64,000 bases of DNA from positions 160,001-224,000 of the forward strand of contig CAVXEP010000001.1 in the NCBI GenBank assembly GCA_963760795.1, given 5' to 3'. Source of the stretch: an uncultured delta proteobacterium. Lineage in GTDB: Bacteria; Desulfobacterota; Binatia; UBA9968. How positions within the stretch are numbered: the first letter of the stretch is position 1; the number at the start of each line of letters is the position of its first letter. Positions 40,366 through 50,115 of the stretch are shown piece by piece. The position numbers and the translations under genes were made by a program. The notes under the pieces were generated by a model. It was not told the DNA's origin and made no database searches. It saw nothing but the letters and a program-made list of their open reading frames with translations.

Positions 40366-41676
40366 TTACGGTTCCCGCTTGACGAATCGATTGGTGTTTT
40401 CCTTAAGCGGCGCATAATAGCCGACGTTCCCGGCGACGGCTTTGGCGCCGGCTTTCTCATGCGACGCGTTGCAGCCGGCGACAGTGCAGGCATGCTCGCC
40501 GGGTTTGACGCCGGAGTCGTAGCCCAGCCAAGTCACCCGCGCGTTACGCACCAAACCCCAGAATCGGTCATCGACCCACTTGAGAAACTTCACCAGCACC
40601 GGCCGCAGCACGTAGGGGCAATAGTGCAATGAAGACGTCGCCATGTTGTGCCACCATGTTTTCGGTTTGGTGTATGGGCAGACCGTGGCGCAGGTCAGAC
40701 AGCTGCCCCAGTGATCGTGCACATAGGGGCGCAGCTTGTAGCAGGTGAGCCAATTGATCTTGTATTTCTCGACGCCGTTGTGGACGACCTTGTCGCCGAC
40801 GGGGATGCTATTGGTCGGGCAGGTGTTGGCGCACTTGCGGCAGACTTTGCAGAAATCGTCGACGCCGATGTCGATTGGCTCATCACCCACCAGCGGCAGA
40901 TCGGTCATGATCGGGTCGGGCATATGCACGCGGGCGCCGTATTCCTTGCTGATGACCAGCCCATTGCGGCCCAACTCGCCGACCCCGGAGGCCACGCCCA
41001 CCGCTTGGGGCACGGCCACGCCGCGTAGCGCCGTGTAACCGAGTTCTTTGATGTAACCTTCGAGGGCTTTCAGGATCATGTTGCCCTTGATTTGCGAGAT
41101 GTGATAGGCGGCGTCGCCGATCAGATGGCGGTGCGCTTGCAGTTTGTTGTAGTCCCACGCGGTGGTCGCCATGATGATGTAGGGAAATTTGCGCGCCATT
41201 TGCTCCGGCGTGTGGGCTGCGTATTCGTCCTTGGCAGTGCCGTCTTGGACATAGCGGCCGCCGCCGGCAGCATAAAGAAAATTTGGATGGGCCTTGGCGA
41301 TGCGGACGATATCCGCGCCCATGTAGTGCGCCACCGCTTTGATATGGCGCGCCATCGCGGCGGGGTCGTTCACCGGAACTTTCTGCGGATTGATTTTGCC
41401 CTTGGCCGCCTGGTTGACCACCGTGCTCAAAAAATGTCTGCGGTCGGCGAAATGGTTTGGCGCCGATACCCTGGTCAGTGGATCTTTGGATACCGTGTTG
41501 TGGTACCAATTGAACAACGGCTTACCCAGTTCGCCGCGCTGGTTTTTCGGGTGCGGCGATTGATTCATGTCGACGTTTTCAAACTTGCCGACGATGCGCA
41601 CGGTGCGGCCGAGATAGGGCGTCGGGAACTCGGCGCTGGCGTTGGTGTTTGGGTTTGGAGTTTCAACTTTGGACAT
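40366..41676 (-). CDS. Reductive dehalogenase-like cobalamin/2x[4Fe-4S] protein, no Tat signal
   Basis: HIKAVAHYMGADIV, GVGELGRNG, TDLPL..D.PID, FCKVCRKCANTCP, NGVEKY, CLTCATVCP. Confidence 0.9.
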   Translation of the reverse strand: MSKVETPNPNTNASAEFPTPYLGRTVRIVGKFENVDMNQSPHPKNQRGELGKPLFNWYHNTVSKDPLTRVSAPNHFADRRHFLSTVVNQAAKGKINPQKVPVNDPAAMARHIKAVAHYMGADIVRIAKAHPNFLYAAGGGRYVQDGTAKDEYAAHTPEQMARKFPYIIMATTAWDYNKLQAHRHLIGDAAYHISQIKGNMILKALEGYIKELGYTALRGVAVPQAVGVASGVGELGRNGLVISKEYGARVHMPDPIMTDLPLVGDEPIDIGVDDFCKVCRKCANTCPTNSIPVGDKVVHNGVEKYKINWLTCYKLRPYVHDHWGSCLTCATVCPYTKPKTWWHNMATSSLHYCPYVLRPVLVKFLKWVDDRFWGLVRNARVTWLGYDSGVKPGEHACTVAGCNASHEKAGAKAVAGNVGYYAPLKENTNRFVKREP

Positions 41677-41721
41677 TGTTTGCCCTCCGGTTAAATTAGA
41701 CAGAGAAGAGAGACTAGTTTT

Positions 41722-42123
41722 TTAGCCCTGATAAGCCGCCAGCGCCACTTCAGCGCATTTTTGATCTTGATCGTCGGTGCCGCCCGAGACTGCGATGGCG
41801 CCGACGACGTTGCCGCCTTCCACCACCGGTATGGCGCCGCCACCCGGCATTACTTTGCCACTGCTCGATACCACCAGACTTTGAAACCAGGCCTGGTTCG
41901 CCACGCCGGCCAAGTCTTTGGTCTGCTGCTGGAAGCTAGCCGCAGTGTAACCTTTGTTGAGGGCGATCTCTACCGTGATCGGCCGCGCTTTGTCCATGCG
42001 CCCGAGCGCGATCATGCGCCCACTCTGGTCGACCACCACCGCCGTTACAGCAATGTCCAGTTGCGCCGCTTGGGTATGCGCGTTGCGCACCATCTGAATC
42101 GCTTTTTCTCCAGGTATAGCCAT
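41722..42123 (-). CDS. GlcG/HbpS (DUF336) heme-binding protein
   Basis: AVVVDQSG, RMD, NKGYTAA, GGAIP, VGAIAVSGG..QD. Confidence 0.9.
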   Translation of the reverse strand: MAIPGEKAIQMVRNAHTQAAQLDIAVTAVVVDQSGRMIALGRMDKARPITVEIALNKGYTAASFQQQTKDLAGVANQAWFQSLVVSSSGKVMPGGGAIPVVEGGNVVGAIAVSGGTDDQDQKCAEVALAAYQG

Positions 42124-42162
42124 AGTTGCCGGGGAACCTCCTCTTGCTGTGCTGTTACGGCT

Positions 42163-42193
42163 ACTTTAACAGGGAATGGGTATGGACAGTCAA
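42163..42193 (-). promoter_or_regulatory. Putative sigma70 promoter of the RdhA-like operon
   Basis: Minus strand TTGACT-N19-TAAAGT with extended -10 TGn. Confidence 0.4.
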
Positions 42194-42243
42194 GCGGAAA
42201 TTGATACCGGCAATGGTCCACTCTGGTTCAACGAATCGTCAAT

Positions 42244-42274
42244 GTAGGGGCGACCACAGGGGGGTCGCCCCTAC
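42244..42274. repeat. GTAG-type REP hairpin
   Basis: GTAGGGGCGACC-ACAGGGG-GGTCGCCCCTAC; relatives at 14395, 29983, 49970, 53268, 53373, 63053. Confidence 0.75.
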
Positions 42275-42380
42275 GGGATTGGTGGTTCGCGCGCCGGGAA
42301 TCTCAATCGCCTTCCTCCGAGTTGCGCAAATGAATCGATCTAGTTTAAGCTCAGCAGCGGTGGACGCCCCGAAATATTTG

Positions 42381-42427
42381 ATAGGTAAGCTCGACGGCCA
42401 GGCGGCGATCGTAACCGGCGGTACGCA
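42381..42427 (+). pseudogene. Remnant of an SDR N-terminus
   Basis: IGKLDGQAAIVTGGT, versus MGRLDGQVAIVTGGS at 47845; start codon degraded to ATA. Confidence 0.6.
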
Positions 42428-42465
42428 CGCTGGTTATCGTCCCGTCAAACCTTGGAGATAATCAT

Positions 42466-43542
42466 ATGCTGACCATCGACGCCGACGCTCACGTCATGGA
42501 AGGTCCGCGGACTTGGGAATATTGCGACCCATCGGAGCGCAAGTTCATGCCGGTGTTAGTCGATCCTGGCGCCGGCTCCGACCGGCAGTTTTGGCTGGTC
42601 GATGGCAAGATCCGCGGCCATGTGCGCCATGTGATCAAGTCGAAAGATTTTCATGCCCTCGCCGAAGCCAGTGGCCGCGACATGGTGGTGCCGCCGGAAG
42701 CGCAGCACCTCGAAGATGTCCAGGCGCGCGTTCGCCACATGGACGAGATGGGCATCGATATTCAGGTGATGTATCCGACTATCTTCATCCAGCAGGTCAC
42801 CGACAAACCCGAGTTCGAAGTGCCGATCTGCAAAGCCTACAACCGCTGGATGGCCGATGTCTGGAAACAGGGTAACGGCCGGCTGCGCTGGGTCTGCGTG
42901 CTGCCGCTGCTGAGCCTGCAAGATTCCATCGACATGCTGCCATGGTGCAAGGAAAACGGCGCGGTGGCGGTGTTGATGCGGCCCTTCGAAGGCGATCGCT
43001 TGATCCAGGATCCTTATTTCTATCCGCTCTATGAAGCGATGAGCAAACATGATCTGCCCGTGGGGATGCATATCGGCAACGGCAATCCTGGGTGTTTGGA
43101 CATCACGCGTCAGCGCGTCGGCTATGGCGCCGGCTTCTGGAGCATGTCAGCTAACACCGCCGGCGCCTGCCACGCGGTGATTACCAGCAAGCTGCCGGAA
43201 GTTTTTCCCAAGCTGCGCTTCGGTTTCATCGAAGCCTCGGCGCAGTGGATTCCCTGGGTCTTCAAAGACATCAAGCGGCGCGCCGAAGGGCGCAAGCTGC
43301 CGGATAATTTTTTCGACACCTACCGTCTCTACGTGTCTTGCTATAGCAGCACCGACGACATCGAATATATCGCGCAGTATTCCACCGAAAATACCCTGAT
43401 GACCGGCACCGACTACGGCCATGTCGACATGTCCGTCGAGATCGACGCGCTACGGACGCTGGAAAAGAACGGCAAAGTGCGGCCCGAGCTGGCGCGGAAG
43501 ATTTTGCACGACAATCCAGCGCGGTTTTACGGGATTCAATAA
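42466..43542 (+). CDS. Amidohydrolase_2 family (decarboxylase/hydratase-like)
   Basis: IDADAHV, MDEMGID.QV.YPT, FPKLRFGFIEA, GTDYGH. Confidence 0.9.
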   Translation: MLTIDADAHVMEGPRTWEYCDPSERKFMPVLVDPGAGSDRQFWLVDGKIRGHVRHVIKSKDFHALAEASGRDMVVPPEAQHLEDVQARVRHMDEMGIDIQVMYPTIFIQQVTDKPEFEVPICKAYNRWMADVWKQGNGRLRWVCVLPLLSLQDSIDMLPWCKENGAVAVLMRPFEGDRLIQDPYFYPLYEAMSKHDLPVGMHIGNGNPGCLDITRQRVGYGAGFWSMSANTAGACHAVITSKLPEVFPKLRFGFIEASAQWIPWVFKDIKRRAEGRKLPDNFFDTYRLYVSCYSSTDDIEYIAQYSTENTLMTGTDYGHVDMSVEIDALRTLEKNGKVRPELARKILHDNPARFYGIQ

Positions 43543-43604
43543 TACCGTTCAAATCGTTCAAGCGGTTCAAAATGTTCAAACCGTCAGAATCGGAGCTCGA
43601 GAAA

Positions 43605-44594
43605 ATGCGGAGAGCTGTGATTCGTTTCGCTGCATTGTTCGTTTTCACCACAGTATTTGTCGAAACGAATGCGTTTGCCCAGCTCACCAGGCTCAACGTC
43701 GGTTATGTCGGCATTACGTCGGATAACGCGGCGGCGTTCATTGCGCGCGACACCGGCATTTATGCGCGCAACGGGCTGGACGTGCAGCTGATCTACATGA
43801 ACAGCGGCAGCACGGCGGTGGCGGCTTTGATCAGTGGCGACACCCCGATCACGCAGACCGCCGGGCCGGGCGTTATCAACGCGACGATGAACGGTTCGGA
43901 CACCGTGATGATCGCCGGTGGCAACGTGACATTGGATTACTGGATGCTCAGCCGGCCGGAGATCAAGACTGCGGAGCAGTTGAAGGGCGGCGCGGTGGCG
44001 ATCAGCCGCTTCGGCTCGGCTTCCGACTTCATCGTGCGCTACGCTTTGCAGCGGCTTGGCTTAACTCCGGTGAAGGATGTGGCGATACTGCAAGTCGGAT
44101 CGCTCACCGAACGCCTTGCGGCGATGGAAACCAAACGCGTGCAGGCGACGGTCTTAGCGCCGCCGGCGATGTATCAAGCGCAGATGCGCGGCTTCAACAT
44201 GCTTGCGGACATCTCTGCGCTCGGTTTGCCGTATCAGGCCACCGGCGTAGCGACGACGCGAAAATTCATTCGTGAACGGACCGACGTTGTCCGCCGCTAC
44301 ATCAAAGCCCATGTCGAGGCCGTGCACCGCTTCAAGACCGACCGCGAAACCTCGATGAAAGTACTGGCCAAGTCTCTAGCGATCTCCGACAAACAGTTGC
44401 TCGAAAGAACCTATGACGGCGCCATCGCCGAGCATAAACTGCCGGCCAAGCAGTATCCGACCCTAGAGGGATTGAAAACGATCATGGCGAGCGACCCGAA
44501 AGCCAAGGGAGCGAAGGCCGAAGAGTTTGTCGATCTGCGATTCATCAAAGAGCTCGACGACAGCGGCTACTTCGACAAGCTGTATAAGAGATAA
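43605..44594 (+). CDS. NMT1/SsuA-type substrate-binding protein
   Basis: Signal peptide ending AFA-Q; NGLDVQL, ISRFGSASD, YPTLEGL. Confidence 0.88.
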   Translation: MRRAVIRFAALFVFTTVFVETNAFAQLTRLNVGYVGITSDNAAAFIARDTGIYARNGLDVQLIYMNSGSTAVAALISGDTPITQTAGPGVINATMNGSDTVMIAGGNVTLDYWMLSRPEIKTAEQLKGGAVAISRFGSASDFIVRYALQRLGLTPVKDVAILQVGSLTERLAAMETKRVQATVLAPPAMYQAQMRGFNMLADISALGLPYQATGVATTRKFIRERTDVVRRYIKAHVEAVHRFKTDRETSMKVLAKSLAISDKQLLERTYDGAIAEHKLPAKQYPTLEGLKTIMASDPKAKGAKAEEFVDLRFIKELDDSGYFDKLYKR

Positions 44595-44759
44595 GTTTCG
44601 CAGAGCTAGGGCGTCCGTGACTTCCGTTTCAGCCATTCGTATTGCCGTTGCTCGTTTCCTGTCATTTCGAGCGCAGCGAGAGATCTTTCTTGTTATTTCA
44701 ATAGGGTTGGATTCTAACTGAACCAGAACCGAAGAAAACGGGACATGCTGAATTTCTAG

Positions 44760-44817
44760 GGCTAACTTGCCGCTTCAGACCGACGCTGAATACGCGCGGC
44801 TGAGCGCAGCGTTGAAC
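44760..44817 (+). mobile_element. Integron attC site 1
   Basis: R'' GGCTAAC-N5-L'' GCTTCAGA ... L' GCTGAGC-N5-R' GTTGAAC; 58 bp. Confidence 0.75.
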
Positions 44818-44848
44818 TATAATAAACCGCTCAAAGGAGAGCGATCGA

Positions 44849-46213
44849 GTGGACGAGCATAGCGTGTCAAGCCTTAATGAGACCGGAACCGTCAGGCTGC
44901 TCAGCCTCCTAGGCAATTCGCTGGCGGCTGTGTGCGTGCTCGCTGCCGTCGGCGGCGGTTGCACATTCCCATCGGCGACAGACCACCGCGACGGCATCGC
45001 CTCCGGGTCTTTCTCCGCCGAGCCATCAGCGCCCACCACGCCTCGCTTTGCCGCGGGCGGCCCCGACACCGAGGACTTCGGCGCGAGCGCGGGCTATCCG
45101 ATCGGCGACCGCTCAAGCTTCTTTCGAATCCCGTTCCTCGTTGGCTCTCACAGTCATCTCGACCAGATCTTCGAAGGCCGGTTGGTTCGCCGCGCCACTA
45201 CGCCGTCGCGTCTCGAGCGCGTAAACTCCGAGCCGGCGCTCCGCTACGAGTTTGGCGGCGAGACCCGCACGCTCGACGACTACCTGGCGCGCAACCCGGC
45301 CACCGGTCTCCTCATCGCGCGCGGCGAGACGATCCTCATCGAGCGCTACCAGTACGGCCGCAACGATCGGCATCGCTTCACCTCGTGGTCGATGGCCAAG
45401 ACCGTCACCTCCATGTTGGTCGGCATCGCGATCGCGGAAGGCCACATCCGCTCGGTGGATGATCCCGCTGCCACATACGTGCCGGCGCTCCGCGGTACCG
45501 AGTACGGACGCACTTCGCTCCGGCATCTGCTTCAGATGTCCTCGGGCGTGCGGTTCGTCGAGCAGTACACGGGAGTGGACGACGTGTCGCGGCTCGCCGC
45601 CGACACGTTTCTGCAGCTCGGTTCCGGGGGCGTCGATGCGGTGACGCCGTTCAATGTGCGGGCCGCGCCGAGCGGCACCAAGTTCTCCTACGCCTCAGTC
45701 GAGACCCAGGTGCTCGGCCTCGTGCTACGGAGCGCAGTCGGGCGACCGGTCGCGGACTACCTGCAAGAAAAGATCTGGGCGCCGATCGGTGCTGAAGCCG
45801 ACGCGACCTGGCTCATCGACCGGTCGGGTCAGGAAGTGACGTTTTGCTGCATCAACGCGGTCCTGCGCGACTACGCGCGACTCGGCTTGCTGCTCGCTCA
45901 CGACGGGAATTGGCGGGGCCGTCAGATCATTCCCGCCGCGTGGATCGAGGACGCCACGCGCGTGGCTCCGGACCAAACACATCTGCGCCCCGGCAGCGCG
46001 ACGGCATTTTTCGGGTATGGCTATCAGGTGTGGATTTTGCCGGGCGAGCGGCGGATGTTCGCGTTCCTCGGCGTACGCGGCCAGGCGATCTGGGTCGATC
46101 CGGCCAGCCGGCTCGTCATGGTCCACACGGCGGTTCGGAAGCAGTGGGTCGGTCCGGGCGTCCGGGAGGCAACCGCACTCTGGCAGAGTATCGTGCGCGA
46201 GCTGGGTGGCTGA
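44849..46213 (+). CDS. Serine hydrolase (beta-lactamase class C/NylB-like), gene cassette
   Basis: SMAK (SxxK), FSYAS, GYGYQVW, GVRGQ; possible lipobox GGGC; visibly higher GC than its flanks. Confidence 0.9.
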   Translation: MDEHSVSSLNETGTVRLLSLLGNSLAAVCVLAAVGGGCTFPSATDHRDGIASGSFSAEPSAPTTPRFAAGGPDTEDFGASAGYPIGDRSSFFRIPFLVGSHSHLDQIFEGRLVRRATTPSRLERVNSEPALRYEFGGETRTLDDYLARNPATGLLIARGETILIERYQYGRNDRHRFTSWSMAKTVTSMLVGIAIAEGHIRSVDDPAATYVPALRGTEYGRTSLRHLLQMSSGVRFVEQYTGVDDVSRLAADTFLQLGSGGVDAVTPFNVRAAPSGTKFSYASVETQVLGLVLRSAVGRPVADYLQEKIWAPIGAEADATWLIDRSGQEVTFCCINAVLRDYARLGLLLAHDGNWRGRQIIPAAWIEDATRVAPDQTHLRPGSATAFFGYGYQVWILPGERRMFAFLGVRGQAIWVDPASRLVMVHTAVRKQWVGPGVREATALWQSIVRELGG

Positions 46214-46253
46214 CCGGGGGCGCGGCCACCACAGCGCTTGTTCGCGAAGCGGC

Positions 46254-46313
46254 GGCTAACTGCAGCTTGGAGCTGCCGGCGCTGTCGCGCCGCCGCTCAA
46301 GCCGGCGTTAACT
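46254..46313 (+). mobile_element. Integron attC site 2
   Basis: R'' GGCTAAC-N5-L'' CTTGGAGC-(GGCGC tgtc GCGCC hairpin)-L' GCTCAAG-N5-R' GTTAACT; L boxes pair perfectly with one extrahelical G. Confidence 0.8.
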
Positions 46314-46423
46314 CTGTACTTGAACTAAATTTTCCATAGGGCGAATATTGCCAGGAATCAGAGGCAAGCCTCGTTACGAAAAAGCCAGATCAGCGGCGAG
46401 CCCGAGAAATATTGCGCATCGTT

Positions 46424-47395
46424 CTATTTTGCTCCCAGCTTCTTAAAGAACCCATCTTTCTCCAGTTCCGCGACGAATCTCATGTCGACAAAATCATCCG
46501 GCTTGGCTTGGCGCGCTTTAGGATCGCTTACTGCTAGCTCGGCGAGGATTGTTTCGATGCCGCGGCGACTCGTGTAGGGGACCGATTCGATCAACTCGCG
46601 ATATTCTTTGTGGGTTTCTTCGAGAATCTCCAGGTCGGTGACGCGGGTGTATTTTTGCAATGCTTTTAGCGCGATCGGCTTGTTGGATTTGAAAAGATGC
46701 ACGGCTTCGGCGTAGGCGCGCATGAAGCGGCGGACGATTTCCGGATTGCTGCGAATGTAGGCGCGGGTCGCGCCGACGGCGATGGAAACATACTCCGGGC
46801 CGTCTTTCGCCGGGGTCGCGAGGTCGACCAGGCCGGCCTTGCGCCCCCGAATGGTCGTTGGCGACGACAGCGGGCCGGCGTCGATCCTGCCGGCGGCGAG
46901 GGCGATCAAGATGTTCGGCACTTCACCCAAAGGAACTATCTCGTAGTCGCCCGGTTTGAGCCCGGCCTGGTTGAGCACGTAGAGCGTGACGGTGTGGGTC
47001 GATGAGCCGACGCGAGTGACGCCGATGCGTTTGCCGCGCAAATCGCTGACGCGCTTGAACTCCGGGCGCGCCATGAAAGTGAAGGGAAAGCGATTGGTCA
47101 CGCCGGCGATGAGCACCACATCGGAACCGGTTAGGTTGGACTGAATCGTGTTGCGCCCGTCGACATAGGAGATCGCGACCTCGCCGGCAAGAATGGTTTG
47201 AATGATCAGGGAGCTCGACGGAATATGCAGCAGCTCGACGTCGAGGCCGTTTTTCTTGAAGAGTCCCTCGTCATGGGCGATCCAGATGCCGCTCTGGCCG
47301 GCGGCGATGGCCGACCAGTTGACGCGCACTTTCATTTGCGCCGAGGCCGGTTCAACGAAAGTCAGCAGGGCTAACACTGTAAATAACTATCTCAT
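46424..47395 (-). CDS. NMT1/SsuA-type binding protein, in-frame TAG at codon 3
   Basis: GGAGG RBS then ATG-AGA-TAG-TTA-TTT..., in frame with ORF 46424..47377; GLFKKNGLDVEL, LRGKRIGV. Confidence 0.8.
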
Positions 47396-47551
47396 GGCCA
47401 CCTCCCAGCGCGCGCGTCATAGATAATAACAGCTTCGCTTGAGTGAATGGTTCGTAGCAAACCCGTCCGAGTTGCGCAATTGCGTAATTACGGATTAGTG
47501 TGCGGTTATGGACGCGCGCCGAATAAGTTTGGCGAAACGGTGTGAATTGAT

Positions 47552-47695
47552 TCTCCCTTTGGGAAAGGGGCATTAAGTGAGATTTGATGTTGGCGTGGGG
47601 ATGGATTTCGCAGTAGATCGGCGATCCTCTGCGACGGTGGCGCCGCAGGTCAGAAAAAAATCTCCCCTTGGCCCCTCTTTTCCAAAGAGGGGTAA
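47552..47695. repeat. Inverted pair of CCCT-TTT-GG-AAAG-GGG hairpin elements
   Basis: TCTCCCTTTGGGAAAGGGGCATTAAGTGAGATTT faces AAATCTCCCCTTGGCCCCTCTTTTCCAAAGAGGGG. Confidence 0.6.
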
Positions 47696-47844
47696 CGGAG
47701 AACTTGTCACGACTTGAGCGGCTAGCAAATTTCGCTGGGTCTCCACGCCCGCCGTGTCCAGGCCAGACTAGAGGGTTAACCAGCCGTTTCTCGCAGGGGA
47801 AATCGGTAGATTCAAATTCGTTCAGGAAGCGGTAAGAGACTTTT

Positions 47845-48581
47845 ATGGGTAGACTCGACGGACAAGTGGCGATCGTCACCGGCGGGAGCCGGGGCATCGG
47901 ACGGGCGGTGGCGCTGAGGTTTGCGCGGGAGGGGGCGCGGGTGGCGATCACGGCGGTGCAGGATCGCGATACGCTGGAAAAAGCCGAGCGGGATATCACC
48001 GCGCTGGGCGGCGATTGTATCGCCATGCTCGCCGACGTGACGCGCCGTGGCGACATCGACAAGCTGGTGCAAACGATTCTCGCCAAGTGGGGGCGCATCG
48101 ATGTGCTGGTGAATAACGCCGGCATTCTGCGACTGGCACCGCTGGAAAATATCACCGAAGAACGCTGGGACGATACGCTGCGGCGTGCACTTGAAGGGCA
48201 CGTTCAATTGCACCCAAGCGGTGATCCCGATCATGAAGCAACAGCAGAAAGGCAAGATCATCAACATCGCCGCGCCTTCGGCATTGCGCGGCTCCTACGG
48301 CGTCGCCGACTATGCGGCGGCCAAGGGCGGCATCATCGCCTTGACCAAAAATGCCGCCAACGAACTCAAGTCGCACAACATTCAGGTCAATTGCATCTCG
48401 CCGGTGGCCGACACGCGCATGACCGAAGAGCTGACCAGGTTTCGCCGCGAACAGTTGGGCATCGCCCGGCGCGAACGGGAGATTCGTGCCGCCCGAAGCG
48501 ATCGCGCCGGCGTTTTTGTTTTTTGCCACCAGCGACTCCGATTATGTCTCCGGGCAGTTGTTGGAAGTGGGAAGGACGTGA
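47845..48581 (+). CDS. SDR (FabG-like) oxidoreductase with two frameshifts (~48182, ~48485)
   Basis: TGGSRGIG, VNNAG, YAAAK, then PEAIAPAFLFFATSDSDYVSGQ, spread over three frames. Confidence 0.85.
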
Positions 48582-48744
48582 GAATGGAGTGTTGGAGTAG
48601 TGGAGTAATGGAGGAATGGCTGATGCGGGACGCTTCGACTAGTCAGCATGAACGGAAATACGCGTCTTGTCCGTTCGTCCCTGAGCCTGTCGAATGGACT
48701 CCGAAGATATGGTCGGTTTCCTGATTCGAGGACGAGACTAATGC

Positions 48745-49689
48745 ATGACTTTGGCTGCGATTCTACTCTTATGGTCATCGCCATGTTGGTTGTTCCATCC
48801 GTCGTCCTTTAGCCAGGGGTTGGAGAAGATTCGCATCGTCTATGCCAGCCGCGGGCTGCCGTTTTTCAGCGCGTTCGTCGCCAAGGAGATGAAGTTTTAT
48901 CAAAAGCATGGGCTGGAGGTGGAGTTGATCCAGATGGCGCCGCGCATTGCCATAACGGCGTTGGCGACCAGCCAGGTCGACTATTCGCTCAACATCGGTT
49001 CGACCATGCGGGCGGCGATGCGCGGCGCGCCGGTGCGGGCGGTGGCGTCGAGCACGGTGGCGCCATTTTTCGCCTTGGTCACCAAGGAGCCCAATATCGC
49101 CGCGCTCAAGGGTAAAATCCTCGGCGTGTCGGACTTCGGCGGCACCAATTACCAAGTCACCCGGATGGTTTTGACACACTACGGTCTGGCGCCGCTCAAG
49201 GACGTCCAGATATTGTCCATCGGCGAAGAGAAGGTCATTCTCGACGCCTTGCTCTCGGGCCGAATCCACGGCGCCATGCTGTCGCCGCCCTGGCCCTTCG
49301 AAGCGGAGAAACATGGCTTCAAAATAATTCTCAAAGCATCGGACGTGGTGCAGTTTCCCTTCGCCGGCATCTGTACGTACACGGACAAGATCAAGAACAA
49401 CCGCGAGCAGATCAAGAAAGTGATCCGCGCCGAGCTCGACGCGCTTCGCTTCATTCGTGAGCGGCGCCAGGAAAATATCGATATGATCGTCAAGCTGTTC
49501 AAGATGGACAAAGAAATCGCGCAGAAGTCCTATGACTTCGCGTCGGTATTCTACAGCCGCGACGCGCGTATCCAACCCGAGTCGGCGCGCCGGCTGATCG
49601 CATTGGAAAAAGAAAACGGCGACATCAAAGGCGATGTCGATGTCGGCCACATCGCCGATCTTTCGCTAGTCGAGGAAGTGCTGCGGTAG
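48745..49689 (+). CDS. NMT1/SsuA-type substrate-binding protein
   Basis: FYQKHGLEVEL, LKGKILGV, GLAPLKDV. Confidence 0.85.
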   Translation: MTLAAILLLWSSPCWLFHPSSFSQGLEKIRIVYASRGLPFFSAFVAKEMKFYQKHGLEVELIQMAPRIAITALATSQVDYSLNIGSTMRAAMRGAPVRAVASSTVAPFFALVTKEPNIAALKGKILGVSDFGGTNYQVTRMVLTHYGLAPLKDVQILSIGEEKVILDALLSGRIHGAMLSPPWPFEAEKHGFKIILKASDVVQFPFAGICTYTDKIKNNREQIKKVIRAELDALRFIRERRQENIDMIVKLFKMDKEIAQKSYDFASVFYSRDARIQPESARRLIALEKENGDIKGDVDVGHIADLSLVEEVLR

Positions 49690-49716
49690 GGCCGGGCGCG
49701 AAGTCGACGAAAGATT

Positions 49717-50095
49717 GGCCGCAAAGAACGCAAAGTTCGCAAAGTTTGGACTGAACATATTCACGTTACAACGCTCGTAGTTAATGCACTGTTCGATCAA
49801 CATCGCTCTCACGACGAAGATTCTAGCGCGGCAAAGCAGCAACCAAATGGGCAACACCTTTCACCACGAAGGACACGAAGAGCACGAAGGTCGGAGTTCA
49901 AATTATCCGAATTATCCGAACCCTTCGCGCTCTTCGCGTGAAACCAAATTTCATCCTTCGGTGTGAGGAAGGGCGTATGCCATACGCCCCTACAAAGAGA
50001 TCGGAACTTTGCGTACTCTGCGGTTAATTATTCGTTTCCGAACGGGGCTGCTCGCGACCGGCACTTCCTCTGTGATCTCCGTGCGCTCTGTGGTG
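49717..50095. repeat. Intergenic repeat mosaic (9-mer arrays in both orientations plus a REP hairpin)
   Basis: GGCCGCAAAGAACGCAAAGTTCGCAAAG; CACCACGAAGGACACGAAGAGCACGAAG; GGGCGTATGCCATACGCCCCTAC; CTCTGTGATCTCCGTGCGCTCTGTGGTG. Confidence 0.7.
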
Positions 50096-50115
50096 TAACA
50101 TCTTGTCCTCGTTGG

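Noticed and set aside
42165-42225. AACAGGGAATGGGT resembling the start of a cobalamin riboswitch near the RdhA operon
   Set aside because: It is on the wrong strand for the operon and lacks the GCCCCCGC/ACTGT and B12-box elements; better explained as the minus-strand promoter spacer.
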